From: Cellvibrionales bacterium
Lineage (GTDB): Bacteria > Pseudomonadota > Gammaproteobacteria > Pseudomonadales > UBA7434
DNA: 64,000 nt
Direction: 5' to 3'
Assembly: GCA_041941365.1 (NCBI GenBank)
Contig: JBGTQK010000002.1
Coordinates: forward strand, 158,419-222,418
The translations under genes and the position numbers were made by a program. Positions 9,754 through 18,609 of this stretch are shown here, piece after piece. The stretch's first letter is position 1; each line of letters opens with the position of its first letter. The notes beneath the pieces were generated by a model, which saw only the letters and a list, made by a program, of their open reading frames with translations, was not told the origin of the DNA and made no database searches.

Positions 9754-11112
9754 TTAATCAATAATTGAAAGCACATCACCTAGTACTTTCACTCCTATCA
9801 CCTCGATACCTGATATTTTTTGTTTCGGTACATTAGCAACTGGCACAATGGCTTTGGTAAAACCATGTTTTGCCGCCTCATGAATACGCTCGGGGCCACT
9901 TGGCACTGGACGAATCTCACCCGACAACCCTACTTCACCAAATACGACAAGGTTTCTTGGCAGACTCCTGTTTTTAAAACTTGAGATTATTGCAAGTAAC
10001 AAGGCTAAATCAGCGCTGGTTTCTAACACTTTAACACCGCCGACAACGTTTGTAAAAACATCTGAAGCACCCACAGCCAAACCTCCATGACGGTGAAGTA
10101 CAGCAAGCAACATAGCCAATCGGTTGTTATCAATGCCAACTGTCACTCGCCTGGGATTTCCAATAGCTGCCTCATCAACAAGCGCCTGAATCTCTACCAA
10201 CATTGGTCTACTGCCTTCCCAAAGCACAACCACCACACTACCGGGAGACTCCTGTTCAGCTCTACTTAAAAATATCGCTGACGGGTTCCTCACTTCTTTT
10301 AACCCTTGCTCAGTCATTGCGAATACACCAAGCTCGTTGACTGCACCAAAACGATTTTTTTGGCCACGTAATGTTCTAAATCGACTATCTGAACTCCCTT
10401 CCAATAAGAGTGAACAGTCAATCATATGCTCCAGTACTTTGGGACCAGCCAGACTGCCGTCCTTGGTTACATGCCCTACCAGAAAAACTATGGTTTGAGT
10501 TTGCTTGGCAAAGCGCGTAATAAACGCAGCACACTCACGAACTTGTGAAACACTACCCGGCGCTGACTGTATAGCTTCACTGTGCATTACCTGAATGGAG
10601 TCAATAACTATTACCTTTGGCCTGAGCTTTTCTGATTGCATAATCAGGTTTTCAACAGAAGTTTCTGACATCATTTGCAGGTTACCTGTTGCTATTCCAA
10701 GCCGATGAGCTCGTAAAGCAACCTGCTGAAGTGACTCTTCCCCGGTCACATATAATGCAGTATTCTTCTCCGCCAACTTGCACATCACTTGCAATAACAA
10801 CGTGCTCTTTCCCGCTCCAGGGTGACCACCAATCAATATAGCCGAACCTGCAACCAAACCTCCGCCTAAAACTCGATCAAATTCAGCCATACCACTACTC
10901 AGGCGGGGCACGCTGGCTAAATCAATGTTGTCAAGCGTTTGAACCACAGCTGCACTGCCTGCGTAACCGACCTGGCGTGATTGAGTTGAACCTTTGACCA
11001 GTTTGACTTCCGAGAGTGTATTCCATGCACCACAATCGACACACTGCCCCTGCCATTTTGTATATTCTGACCCGCAATCGCTACAAACGTAGGCTGTTTT
11101 AGTTTTTGCCAT
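9754..11112 (-). CDS. radA: DNA repair protein RadA/Sms
   Basis: MAKTKTAYVCSDCGSEYTKWQGQCVDCGAWNT zinc finger, Walker A GHPGAGKST, KNRFG motif, and a Lon-like C-terminus. The start was moved to the ATG at 11112. The track ORF is extended upstream to 11196. Confidence 0.95.
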   Translation of the reverse strand: MAKTKTAYVCSDCGSEYTKWQGQCVDCGAWNTLSEVKLVKGSTQSRQVGYAGSAAVVQTLDNIDLASVPRLSSGMAEFDRVLGGGLVAGSAILIGGHPGAGKSTLLLQVMCKLAEKNTALYVTGEESLQQVALRAHRLGIATGNLQMMSETSVENLIMQSEKLRPKVIVIDSIQVMHSEAIQSAPGSVSQVRECAAFITRFAKQTQTIVFLVGHVTKDGSLAGPKVLEHMIDCSLLLEGSSDSRFRTLRGQKNRFGAVNELGVFAMTEQGLKEVRNPSAIFLSRAEQESPGSVVVVLWEGSRPMLVEIQALVDEAAIGNPRRVTVGIDNNRLAMLLAVLHRHGGLAVGASDVFTNVVGGVKVLETSADLALLLAIISSFKNRSLPRNLVVFGEVGLSGEIRPVPSGPERIHEAAKHGFTKAIVPVANVPKQKISGIEVIGVKVLGDVLSIID

Positions 11113-11257
11113 ATTGAATTTGTCTCTATTTCTATCTCTCACCCCACATGTTACATTGAGGGCTACTTTTACTGTTTCATCGCTAGCAAGAAGCACTTGG
11201 CATTAGTATACTGGTCGGCCGAGAAAAACAAATTGCAAAAGCACTATAAGTTTACCG

Positions 11258-12382
11258 ATGTCTGATTCCATATTTCCTGAACGACCTGTTATTTTTTCTC
11301 CTTCCCTCGCAGCTACTATTGGGTTGGAATCTGCAATTTTATTGCAACACTTACAACAACTGAATCAATTAAGCATACAGATTTCAGAAGCCAACCTGTC
11401 TGCTGAATTCCGATGGACTAGCATATCCCTTGGAGAATTAAGCTTACATTTACCATTCTGGTCACCTGCTGCGATACGCAGAACATTACAAAACCTGCAA
11501 GATCTTGGCATGCTGCTATTGAATTCTTTCCCTGAGCATAGCAATACGCCTTTTATTTATGCCATTAATCAAAAACAGAATACAGCAGCTAACACTATCA
11601 ATAAAACGCAGCCTCCTGCCCCCGAATCTACCTCTCAAACAAGCACAGAAAGCCTTGGAGCTCATCGCTTGCCCGACAACTGGAGACCTTCTTATGCAGT
11701 AGTGTCAAAGCTTGGTGATGCCGGTATCCCACCAAACTATACACAGGATTGTATCGAAGAATTCTGTCTTTACTGGAAAGAGCGTAATGAAGCTTCTCAT
11801 GCCTGGTCCAGCAAATTTTTTCAACATGTCACAAGACGATGGCAGCAAGAGCAACAGAAACAGGCAGAACAATCCAAACCAAAACTTCAAGCCCCGCTGC
11901 AAAACATTAATCAATGGCATCCACATAAAGACGCAATTGAAATTCTTGAACGCATGGGTATACACCAGAATTTTATTGATGATGCAGTACCCGAATTTAT
12001 TTTATATTGGCGAGAGAGAGGAGAGCCTCAAAATACCTGGAATTCAAAATTTGTTAATCATGTAAAAAACCAGTGGGCAAGATACACCAACACATTAAAA
12101 TATGACACTGAACCAAGGCAAATAACTGCCAACTGGCAACCCGACAGTGATGTTTTTGATGTATTAAGCATTGCCAACATTGATCTTAATTTTGCCCGCA
12201 TGCTCATCCCCGAATTTGTGTTGTATTGGAAAGACCGTCAGGAGGCGCATCATTCATGGAATACAAAATTCCTCCAGTACGTTAAAAAAGCCTGGTCACA
12301 AAGATGCACGCCCACAGAAAATAAAAAAACTCGGGAACGCTCGCTTCAGGAAGACCTAACAGATCGCTCATGGGCGCACTAA
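11258..12382 (+). CDS. protein with an unassigned N-terminal domain and three tandem DnaT-type (primosomal protein I C-terminal, ssDNA-binding) domains
   Basis: 374 aa. There are three ~54-aa repeats (aa 142-195, 220-273, 293-346) with the pattern W.P...(20 aa)..EF.LYW..R.E....W..KF...V...W. This resembles the E. coli DnaT C-terminus WQPDADFIRLAALWGV...[30 protein letters not shown]. Confidence 0.7.
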   Translation: MSDSIFPERPVIFSPSLAATIGLESAILLQHLQQLNQLSIQISEANLSAEFRWTSISLGELSLHLPFWSPAAIRRTLQNLQDLGMLLLNSFPEHSNTPFIYAINQKQNTAANTINKTQPPAPESTSQTSTESLGAHRLPDNWRPSYAVVSKLGDAGIPPNYTQDCIEEFCLYWKERNEASHAWSSKFFQHVTRRWQQEQQKQAEQSKPKLQAPLQNINQWHPHKDAIEILERMGIHQNFIDDAVPEFILYWRERGEPQNTWNSKFVNHVKNQWARYTNTLKYDTEPRQITANWQPDSDVFDVLSIANIDLNFARMLIPEFVLYWKDRQEAHHSWNTKFLQYVKKAWSQRCTPTENKKTRERSLQEDLTDRSWAH

Positions 12383-12397
12383 GGTGCTTTAATCATT

Positions 12398-13054
12398 ATG
12401 AAATCATCTGATGAACTGATAAGACTTGGAAAAGACGATATAGTTAAAAAAGATCAGCCTTTATCTAACCCCCATAATCCCAAACAAGAATCGAATGACT
12501 ACTCAAACCTGATTGACACGATCAATCAGGTTTTTTCCTTATTCAGAATTAATTACCACAATCAATTCTATGCTGCCTTGCCAGATACAGAAAACCTTAA
12601 TCAGGCAAAAAAGCTGTGGCTTAACGCGTTAAAAAATTACTCAAATGACACACTGTTAAAGACCACACAACAAATTATTGAAAGCTCTGAATACATGCCT
12701 GCTCTTAATCGATTCATAGAACTATGCGATGTTCTTGAATTCAATTTACCAACAATAAGAGATGCCTATAAAGAAGCTTGCCTTGCCGGCACACCTAAAG
12801 AAAATATTAACTGGAGCCATCCCATTGTTTACTACGCCGGAAAGAAAACCGGCTGGTTCAACTTAAGAAATCTCAACGAAAAACAATCTTTCCCTGCATT
12901 TACCGAACACTACGAAACGCTTAAAAAGCAAGTAAGAGCTGGTGAAACACTTTCCCAACCTGAAAAAATCCTGATCGAAAAACAGGAATCATCTCCACTA
13001 GATTTAGATGAAAGTAAAAAAAGGATAAAAGATCTTATCGCTTCGTTAGATTAA
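12398..13054 (+). CDS. phage lambda replication protein P-like protein (putative replicative-helicase loader)
   Basis: 218 aa, collinear by eye with lambda P. INQVFSLFRINY matches IINGVFSQLLATF. KKLWLNALKNYS...MPALNRFIELC matches RRQWVLAFRENG...LPSPGQFVAWC. NWSHPIVYYAGKKTGW matches PWKSNAHYWLVTNL. VRAGETLSQPEK matches INRGEAIPEPVK. Starts 15 nt after the DnaT-like gene. Confidence 0.55.
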   Translation: MKSSDELIRLGKDDIVKKDQPLSNPHNPKQESNDYSNLIDTINQVFSLFRINYHNQFYAALPDTENLNQAKKLWLNALKNYSNDTLLKTTQQIIESSEYMPALNRFIELCDVLEFNLPTIRDAYKEACLAGTPKENINWSHPIVYYAGKKTGWFNLRNLNEKQSFPAFTEHYETLKKQVRAGETLSQPEKILIEKQESSPLDLDESKKRIKDLIASLD

Positions 13055-13067
13055 AATGTCAATATAT

Positions 13068-13094
13068 AAGGCAGAAATATTTCCTTCTTTTTTT
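13068..13094 (+). terminator. weak candidate intrinsic terminator after the DnaT-like/P-like pair
   Basis: AT-rich imperfect hairpin aaggcagaaatatttcctt followed by cTTTTTTT. It sits in the convergent gap before the xdhC-like stop. Confidence 0.3.
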
Positions 13095-13109
13095 ATTTTA
13101 CAACAATAA

Positions 13110-14156
13110 CTATGCGGCCACTTCACCATTGGAGATCAGTGCTGCATAACTTAACGCCTGGCCTGTTCCTTTATAAATAATAGAGTGACATTCAGCAAGA
13201 ATAGAAAGAGCTATACTTTCCGGCAAATCACAACCAATATCAAAACCGGCTGGCCCTGAAAATACAGCATCGATATTTTCCGTTTCTACTTTTGCAAGTT
13301 CTACTATTTCTTCTTTACGATGAGCGGGGCCAAGTAACGCTAAATATCTTAAAGAACAATCGTGCAAGGCATTTAATGCTTGTGCATCTATCGTTTTATG
13401 GTGAGACATCAATATTGCTGCATCAACCTTATTGTTAACTGCATAAGTTTTTAATTCTTTTCTTTGTTCCAACTTAACGATTGTGTTGACGTGTGGAAAA
13501 AAATCTTTTCGAGCATAACCTGGCCTAGGATCCCATAATGACACTTGCCATCCCAACTGTGTTGCAAATTGAGTCATAGGAATGGCATCAACTCCTCCCC
13601 CAATGATCAGGATATGGGGAGGCGGTGTTAGACAAACATAAAGCCAAATAGTATCTTCTCTCTTTATTATCTTTGTTTTTTGCTTATCTTTAGTTACTAA
13701 AGTTTTGCTGACTTTTGTATTTATCGCTTTCGAAGAATCAACAAAATTTTGCATCCAGCAACAGGCATCGCCTTTCGATAACATTTTGTAAACTTTATCC
13801 AAAGCAAGATAATGCGTTAATTTATTCACAGGTAATAGCTTAAGGTAAACCACTCCACCACACCCTACACCCAATTGATAGGCAACATCATCCTCATCCT
13901 TATCATCATAACGCAGGCTAACGGGCTCTCCTGTTACCATGACTTTTTGTGCGTGATTTCTAACGTTTTTTTCCAGACATCCGCCACTTAAAACCCCAAA
14001 CTGATGACCAAGATCACTAAATAACATCATAGCTCCCGCTTTCCGATAACAAGAGCCCTCCGTTTTATAAATCACACCTAACACCCACTCCATTTCATCT
14101 TTAAGGGGATACCACTTTTGCAAGAGGTGCAGTATATGATTACCTGTTTGTAGCAT
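13110..14156 (-). CDS. XdhC/CoxI-family molybdenum-cofactor insertion accessory protein
   Basis: 348 aa. N-terminal XdhC_CoxI-like segment (TEGSCYRKAGAMMLF...GVLSGGCLE) and a Rossmann-like C-terminal half (ILIIGGGVDAIPMTQFATQLGWQV). Confidence 0.75.
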   Translation of the reverse strand: MLQTGNHILHLLQKWYPLKDEMEWVLGVIYKTEGSCYRKAGAMMLFSDLGHQFGVLSGGCLEKNVRNHAQKVMVTGEPVSLRYDDKDEDDVAYQLGVGCGGVVYLKLLPVNKLTHYLALDKVYKMLSKGDACCWMQNFVDSSKAINTKVSKTLVTKDKQKTKIIKREDTIWLYVCLTPPPHILIIGGGVDAIPMTQFATQLGWQVSLWDPRPGYARKDFFPHVNTIVKLEQRKELKTYAVNNKVDAAILMSHHKTIDAQALNALHDCSLRYLALLGPAHRKEEIVELAKVETENIDAVFSGPAGFDIGCDLPESIALSILAECHSIIYKGTGQALSYAALISNGEVAA

Positions 14157-14282
14157 ATTTTACCCTTCCAAAATAAACTGTGTTTTAACAATCAAAAATA
14201 ATGAAGTTATTGCATAATACATTAATAACTTGTTTATTGTGCTAGCCTGTAAGTCATTTTCAACTAGCGCATCTTCATTAAC

Positions 14283-15272
14283 CTATTTTTTTGTCGCTGT
14301 AAAAATAGCTCGCAAAGGTGCAGGATAACCTTCTACGGTTTTATTCACATCGTCTTTATCCAGGAAATCTTTTAGCGACTGGAATGTCATCCATTCAGTA
14401 GAGCGCTGCTCCTCAATTGTTGTCTTATTTATATCCATCGGTTCAATATTGACAAAACCAGCCTTCAACAACCAAAAATGCAGTTCATCCACTGATGGTA
14501 AAAACCATACGTTACCCATTTTTCCATATCGCTCTCCAGGAACTAACACTTGACCTCTTTCCCCTTCTATCACTAAAGTTTCGAGCACCAATTGCCCACC
14601 CTTCACTAACGCATTTTTCAATTCCAATAAATGATCAAATGGAGATCGGCGATGATACAGAACACCCATTGAAAAAACCGTATCGAAAGCTTTGATATCA
14701 GTTGGTAGCTGCTCCATCCGTGCGGGCACAACCCAAACATTCGGATTTTTAATATAAAACTGCAATACCCAAAACTGCAAGACAAAAAGCGGAGTAGGAT
14801 CTATACCTATTACCAGGTCAGCGCCTTCGCCCGCCATGCGCCAGCAATGATAGCCACTACCACAACCGACATCTAACACTTTTTTTCCTAACAGCGGCTG
14901 AATTCTTTTTTTTAATCGATCCCATTTAAAATCTGAACGCCACTCAGTATCAATATAAACTCCACCAATATCAAAGGGGCCTTTCCTCCACGGATGAAAC
15001 TTCATTAATATGTTTTTTAACAATTTCTGATTTTCTTCTGTTAACCTGGCCTGTATCGTAATTGCAGATTGCATTAAATCAATTGACTCAATACTTAATG
15101 CCGGTAATTCCTCCATAGCATCTTGCCATCTGGGTAGATCACCATAACGTTTTACACTAAAACCCTGGGTAATTAGCTGAGGCAACTTTTCAGCGAACGA
15201 CTCCATTTCAGATTCTTGCAACCGCTCTATCAAAGCGGAATATTTTTTTTTATACATTGCCTCTATGTTCAT
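14283..15272 (-). CDS. cmoB: tRNA U34 carboxymethyltransferase
   Basis: 329 aa. SAM-MTase motif VLDVGCGSGYH. Collinear with CmoB and paired with cmoA. Confidence 0.92.
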   Translation of the reverse strand: MNIEAMYKKKYSALIERLQESEMESFAEKLPQLITQGFSVKRYGDLPRWQDAMEELPALSIESIDLMQSAITIQARLTEENQKLLKNILMKFHPWRKGPFDIGGVYIDTEWRSDFKWDRLKKRIQPLLGKKVLDVGCGSGYHCWRMAGEGADLVIGIDPTPLFVLQFWVLQFYIKNPNVWVVPARMEQLPTDIKAFDTVFSMGVLYHRRSPFDHLLELKNALVKGGQLVLETLVIEGERGQVLVPGERYGKMGNVWFLPSVDELHFWLLKAGFVNIEPMDINKTTIEEQRSTEWMTFQSLKDFLDKDDVNKTVEGYPAPLRAIFTATKK

Positions 15273-15294
15273 AAACTTATTTTTCTCTTTTTTA

Positions 15295-16026
15295 TTATTT
15301 TATAGCCACAATAGAAACAAAGTTAAAACACTGGAACCAGACATCAACTTTGGAAAAGCCTGCTTGCTTTAGCCGCTCAATATGCTTACTTAACCGCTCT
15401 GGTACTAACACATTTTCTATGGCTTCTCTTTTCTGGCTGATCTCCAATTCGGTATAACCATTTGCACTTTTATATTGATGGTGTAAATGAGTAAACAACT
15501 GATCAACAGAGCTCTCGCTAAAGGCTATTTTTTCGGAAAGAATTAACACTCCTCCCTCTATCATTCCATTAAATATAGTATTAATTAGGGTTTGTCTTTT
15601 ATCTAAAGAAACAAACTGCAATGTATAATTTAATGCAACAAACGATGTATTGTTTATTTCAATGTCGCAAATATCTGCACAAATCGTCTGTAAAGCAATC
15701 ACTTCATCCAACTTATTGATGATATGCCGCAATGATTCAATCATTGCTTTTGAATTATCGACTGCAACTATCTGACAACCTTCCGCAGCATTTTTTGCCA
15801 ATGCAAAGCTGGTAGCTCCAAGAGAGCACCCCAGATCGTATAGCTTCGTACCAGGCTTTGAGAATTGGCGACAGAGCACACCACTAATTGAAACAACTGT
15901 ACTGTATCCTGGCACAGATCGTTCAATCATATCGGGAAAGACTTTGGCAACTTCTTCATCAAATGTGAAGCTTGGCACTTTACCCATTGGGTATTTGAAT
16001 AATTGATCTGAATTGGAGTTAGACAT
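15295..16026 (-). CDS. cmoA: carboxy-S-adenosyl-L-methionine synthase
   Basis: 243 aa. FTFDEEVAKVFPDMIERSVPGYS and LYDLGCSLGA motifs. Lies upstream of cmoB. Confidence 0.92.
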   Translation of the reverse strand: MSNSNSDQLFKYPMGKVPSFTFDEEVAKVFPDMIERSVPGYSTVVSISGVLCRQFSKPGTKLYDLGCSLGATSFALAKNAAEGCQIVAVDNSKAMIESLRHIINKLDEVIALQTICADICDIEINNTSFVALNYTLQFVSLDKRQTLINTIFNGMIEGGVLILSEKIAFSESSVDQLFTHLHHQYKSANGYTELEISQKREAIENVLVPERLSKHIERLKQAGFSKVDVWFQCFNFVSIVAIK

Positions 16027-16077
16027 ATGATTACAGTTCAGGAAATATAATTAATTGAATTCTTTATTTTATAATCA

Positions 16078-16863
16078 ATGAAAACTTCTAACACATCAAC
16101 AAAAGCGGAATTTATTACTGAAAAGCCTTCAAAAAATGGCCAATATAAACCAATTTACAGCTTAACCCCCTATGGAGAAAGCGCTATTGTACTCAAATTT
16201 GAAAATGAAGACATTGGTGATCGCTCGTTACAATTTTCTCTACAACAGAACACCTTACTGCTTCATACAGCCTGCTTACAACAATTCATTAATAAAGAAA
16301 AAGCCAAACCGGGTATATACCTGCTTGATTGCGTACCTGGTAAAAATAATCTTACCTTTATCTTCAACCCTCTACAGAATACTGTACATTACTGGTTAAA
16401 GGAACTCGATAAATTTTGCCTCTCACAACTAAATAATTCCCATAAAATTGACGATAATTCAGCGCAGAAAACCATAGAGATCCCAGTAGTTTACGGTGAA
16501 GCTTTTGGACCAGATTTAAAATACATCGCTGAAGTTCATGGTCTTACACCTGACGAAGTAATTAACCTGCACAGCAACACAGTGTATACGGTTGCCTTTT
16601 TGGGTTTTCAGCCTGGCTTTGCCTATCTGGATGGGCTTAATCCGCAACTAATTACTCCTCGACGCTCTACACCACGTATTTGTATTCCTGCTAATTCAGT
16701 TGCTATTGGTGGCGATCATACCTGTATTTATCCTTCTGCTTCACCTGGTGGCTGGCATATCATTGGGCGTCGTATTTCCAAAGATAATCAACTTTTTGAT
16801 TGTTCTCGTCCTGCTCCATGCCTGCTTTCTCCAGGCGATAGAGTTCTATTTAAAGCAGTCTAG
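16078..16863 (+). CDS. pxpB: 5-oxoprolinase subunit B (allophanate hydrolase subunit 1 / KipI family)
   Basis: 261 aa. FLGFQPGFAYLDGL and GGWHIIGR motifs. Followed by pxpC and pxpA. Confidence 0.85.
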   Translation: MKTSNTSTKAEFITEKPSKNGQYKPIYSLTPYGESAIVLKFENEDIGDRSLQFSLQQNTLLLHTACLQQFINKEKAKPGIYLLDCVPGKNNLTFIFNPLQNTVHYWLKELDKFCLSQLNNSHKIDDNSAQKTIEIPVVYGEAFGPDLKYIAEVHGLTPDEVINLHSNTVYTVAFLGFQPGFAYLDGLNPQLITPRRSTPRICIPANSVAIGGDHTCIYPSASPGGWHIIGRRISKDNQLFDCSRPAPCLLSPGDRVLFKAV

Positions 16864-16867
16864 AAAT

Positions 16868-17863
16868 ATGATCAAGATAATCAAACCAGGATATTTAACA
16901 ACAATTCAGGACAATGGCCGTTCAGGTTATCGCCATCTCGGGATTAGCAGTGCTGGTGCATTGGATAAAAATGCCCTGTTCTATGCTAATGCTTTACTTG
17001 ACAACGAGGAGAGCGCTGCTTCCATTGAATTTCTCAGAGGAACTCTTGAAATCGAATTTTTAACTGACGCTGATTTCTGCTTTATCGGCCACCAGTTTTC
17101 ATCTGCCCTAACAACTCAACTCTGTACTGTTAATAATGAAAATATCAGCCATGTCGATAATGTTTCAGCTGAAATGGTGCATTCCGGCTGGGTATATTCA
17201 GCAAAAAAAAATCAACGCCTTATATTACAAACCACTGCTGAGAGCGGAACTGCCTATTTGAGCTTTAAAGGAGGCCTGGATGTACCTCTCATTTTTGGTT
17301 CACGTTCAACCGACCTGAATAACGGCTTTGGTGGTCTTAACGGACGAGCTCTTCAAGCAGGTGACATTATAAAAGTACAATCTAACGAATCCGATAATGT
17401 TATAAAAAATAAAGGTATTAGACTGGATAACCCTCCGAATTCCATACGCGTTATTCCTGGAATAGATTTTTCAATATTTGATGAACACGCAAAAAAGAAG
17501 TTCTGGGAATGTGATTGGAATATATCATCAGATAGTAACCGAATGGGATTAAGATTAATGGGAGAAATCATAGAGCCTCTTAGCCTAAGAGCTGCAGGTC
17601 AAATGCACTCACACGCTGTCATACCTGGCACTATTCAGATCCCACCAAGTGGAGAACCTATTATTCTTAATTCAGACGCACAAACAACTGGCGGCTACCC
17701 GCGTATCGGACAAGTGATTGCAGCAGATTTACCATATCTGGCACAAATTCCCATCAACTCCTCCTTTCAATTTACCCCATGCTCGTTAGAGACGGCTTTA
17801 CAGGCATTAAAAAAGCAGGAGTCTTCCAAACAACGCCTCTTACTCAATTTACATCCGTCATGA
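16868..17863 (+). CDS. pxpC: 5-oxoprolinase subunit C (allophanate hydrolase subunit 2 / KipA family)
   Basis: Starts MIKIIKPGYLTTIQDNGRSGYRHLGIS, with TTGGYPRIGQVI later. The start was moved to the ATG at 16868. The track ORF from 16700 overlaps pxpB. Confidence 0.85.
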   Translation: MIKIIKPGYLTTIQDNGRSGYRHLGISSAGALDKNALFYANALLDNEESAASIEFLRGTLEIEFLTDADFCFIGHQFSSALTTQLCTVNNENISHVDNVSAEMVHSGWVYSAKKNQRLILQTTAESGTAYLSFKGGLDVPLIFGSRSTDLNNGFGGLNGRALQAGDIIKVQSNESDNVIKNKGIRLDNPPNSIRVIPGIDFSIFDEHAKKKFWECDWNISSDSNRMGLRLMGEIIEPLSLRAAGQMHSHAVIPGTIQIPPSGEPIILNSDAQTTGGYPRIGQVIAADLPYLAQIPINSSFQFTPCSLETALQALKKQESSKQRLLLNLHPS

Positions 17864-18609
17864 CATTACTCACTTTAAATGCCGATCTCGGAGAAGGCGA
17901 AAAAAATGACGAAGAGCTAATGCAATATATCGATATAGCCAATATTGCTTGTGGCGGACACGTTGGCGACGAGCAGACTTTTACTCAAACAGCTAAACTG
18001 GCAAAAATAAATAACGTTTTTGTTTGTGCTCATCCAGCATATCCGGATAAACAATACTTTGGAAGAAAACCCTATTTTAATCTCAATCAAGAGTTAGATA
18101 CTCAGAAACTCCTCGTCACAGCATTTGATATTAGCTTACAAGAGCAAATTGATATGGCTCTACTTAAATGTAATGAATACAAAATACCTCTGTATAGTAT
18201 AAAACCTCATGGTCAGCTATATCATGATATTGCAACAAGCAGTGAAATATGTGAAAAATTTCTAACGCTCTATAAACAGAAATATAGTGATATTCCACTT
18301 ATTGGCCTTCCAACAAAACTGCTTATTGATTACTGTGATCGTTATTCAATTAAGCTTTTTAGGGAAGGTTTTTGTGACCGTCGCTACACTTGTGCAGGAT
18401 TATTGGCCTCTCGAGAACAAAGCGGGGCTGTAATAACTGATGTATCAAAAGCTGTAGAGCAAGCAATAAATATTGCTTCTTATAAAAGAGTAGATACTAT
18501 CGAGAATAAAACCATTAAGTTGGAAGTAGATACTCTATGTGTACACGGAGATACGCCCAACAGTCTCGCCATCACAAAACATATAGCAAACACCCTCAAA
18601 CAACAATGA
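17860..18609 (+). CDS. pxpA: 5-oxoprolinase subunit A (LamB/YcsF family)
   Basis: MTLLTLNADLGEG...NIACGGHVGD. The ATG at 17860 overlaps the pxpC stop (ATGA). Confidence 0.85.
   Translation: MTLLTLNADLGEGEKNDEELMQYIDIANIACGGHVGDEQTFTQTAKLAKINNVFVCAHPAYPDKQYFGRKPYFNLNQELDTQKLLVTAFDISLQEQIDMALLKCNEYKIPLYSIKPHGQLYHDIATSSEICEKFLTLYKQKYSDIPLIGLPTKLLIDYCDRYSIKLFREGFCDRRYTCAGLLASREQSGAVITDVSKAVEQAINIASYKRVDTIENKTIKLEVDTLCVHGDTPNSLAITKHIANTLKQQ

Noticed and set aside
11113-11196. N-terminal extensions in the ORF track for radA (and similarly for secA at 49367..49438, pxpC at 16700..16867, pxpA at 17779..17859, pgeF at 18537..18605, lspA at 33623..33652, lpxC at 51697..51708, and the lipoprotein at 41449..41484)
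   Set aside because: Conserved protein N-termini (for example [31 protein letters not shown]) begin at internal ATGs. The extensions overlap upstream genes or have no homolog support.
11258-13054. Reading the DnaT-like/P-like pair as part of an intact prophage
   Set aside because: No integrase, repressor, terminase, capsid, tail or lysis genes lie on either side. The immediate neighbours are radA, xdhC-like, cmoB and cmoA. A degraded remnant cannot be excluded (see the finding).
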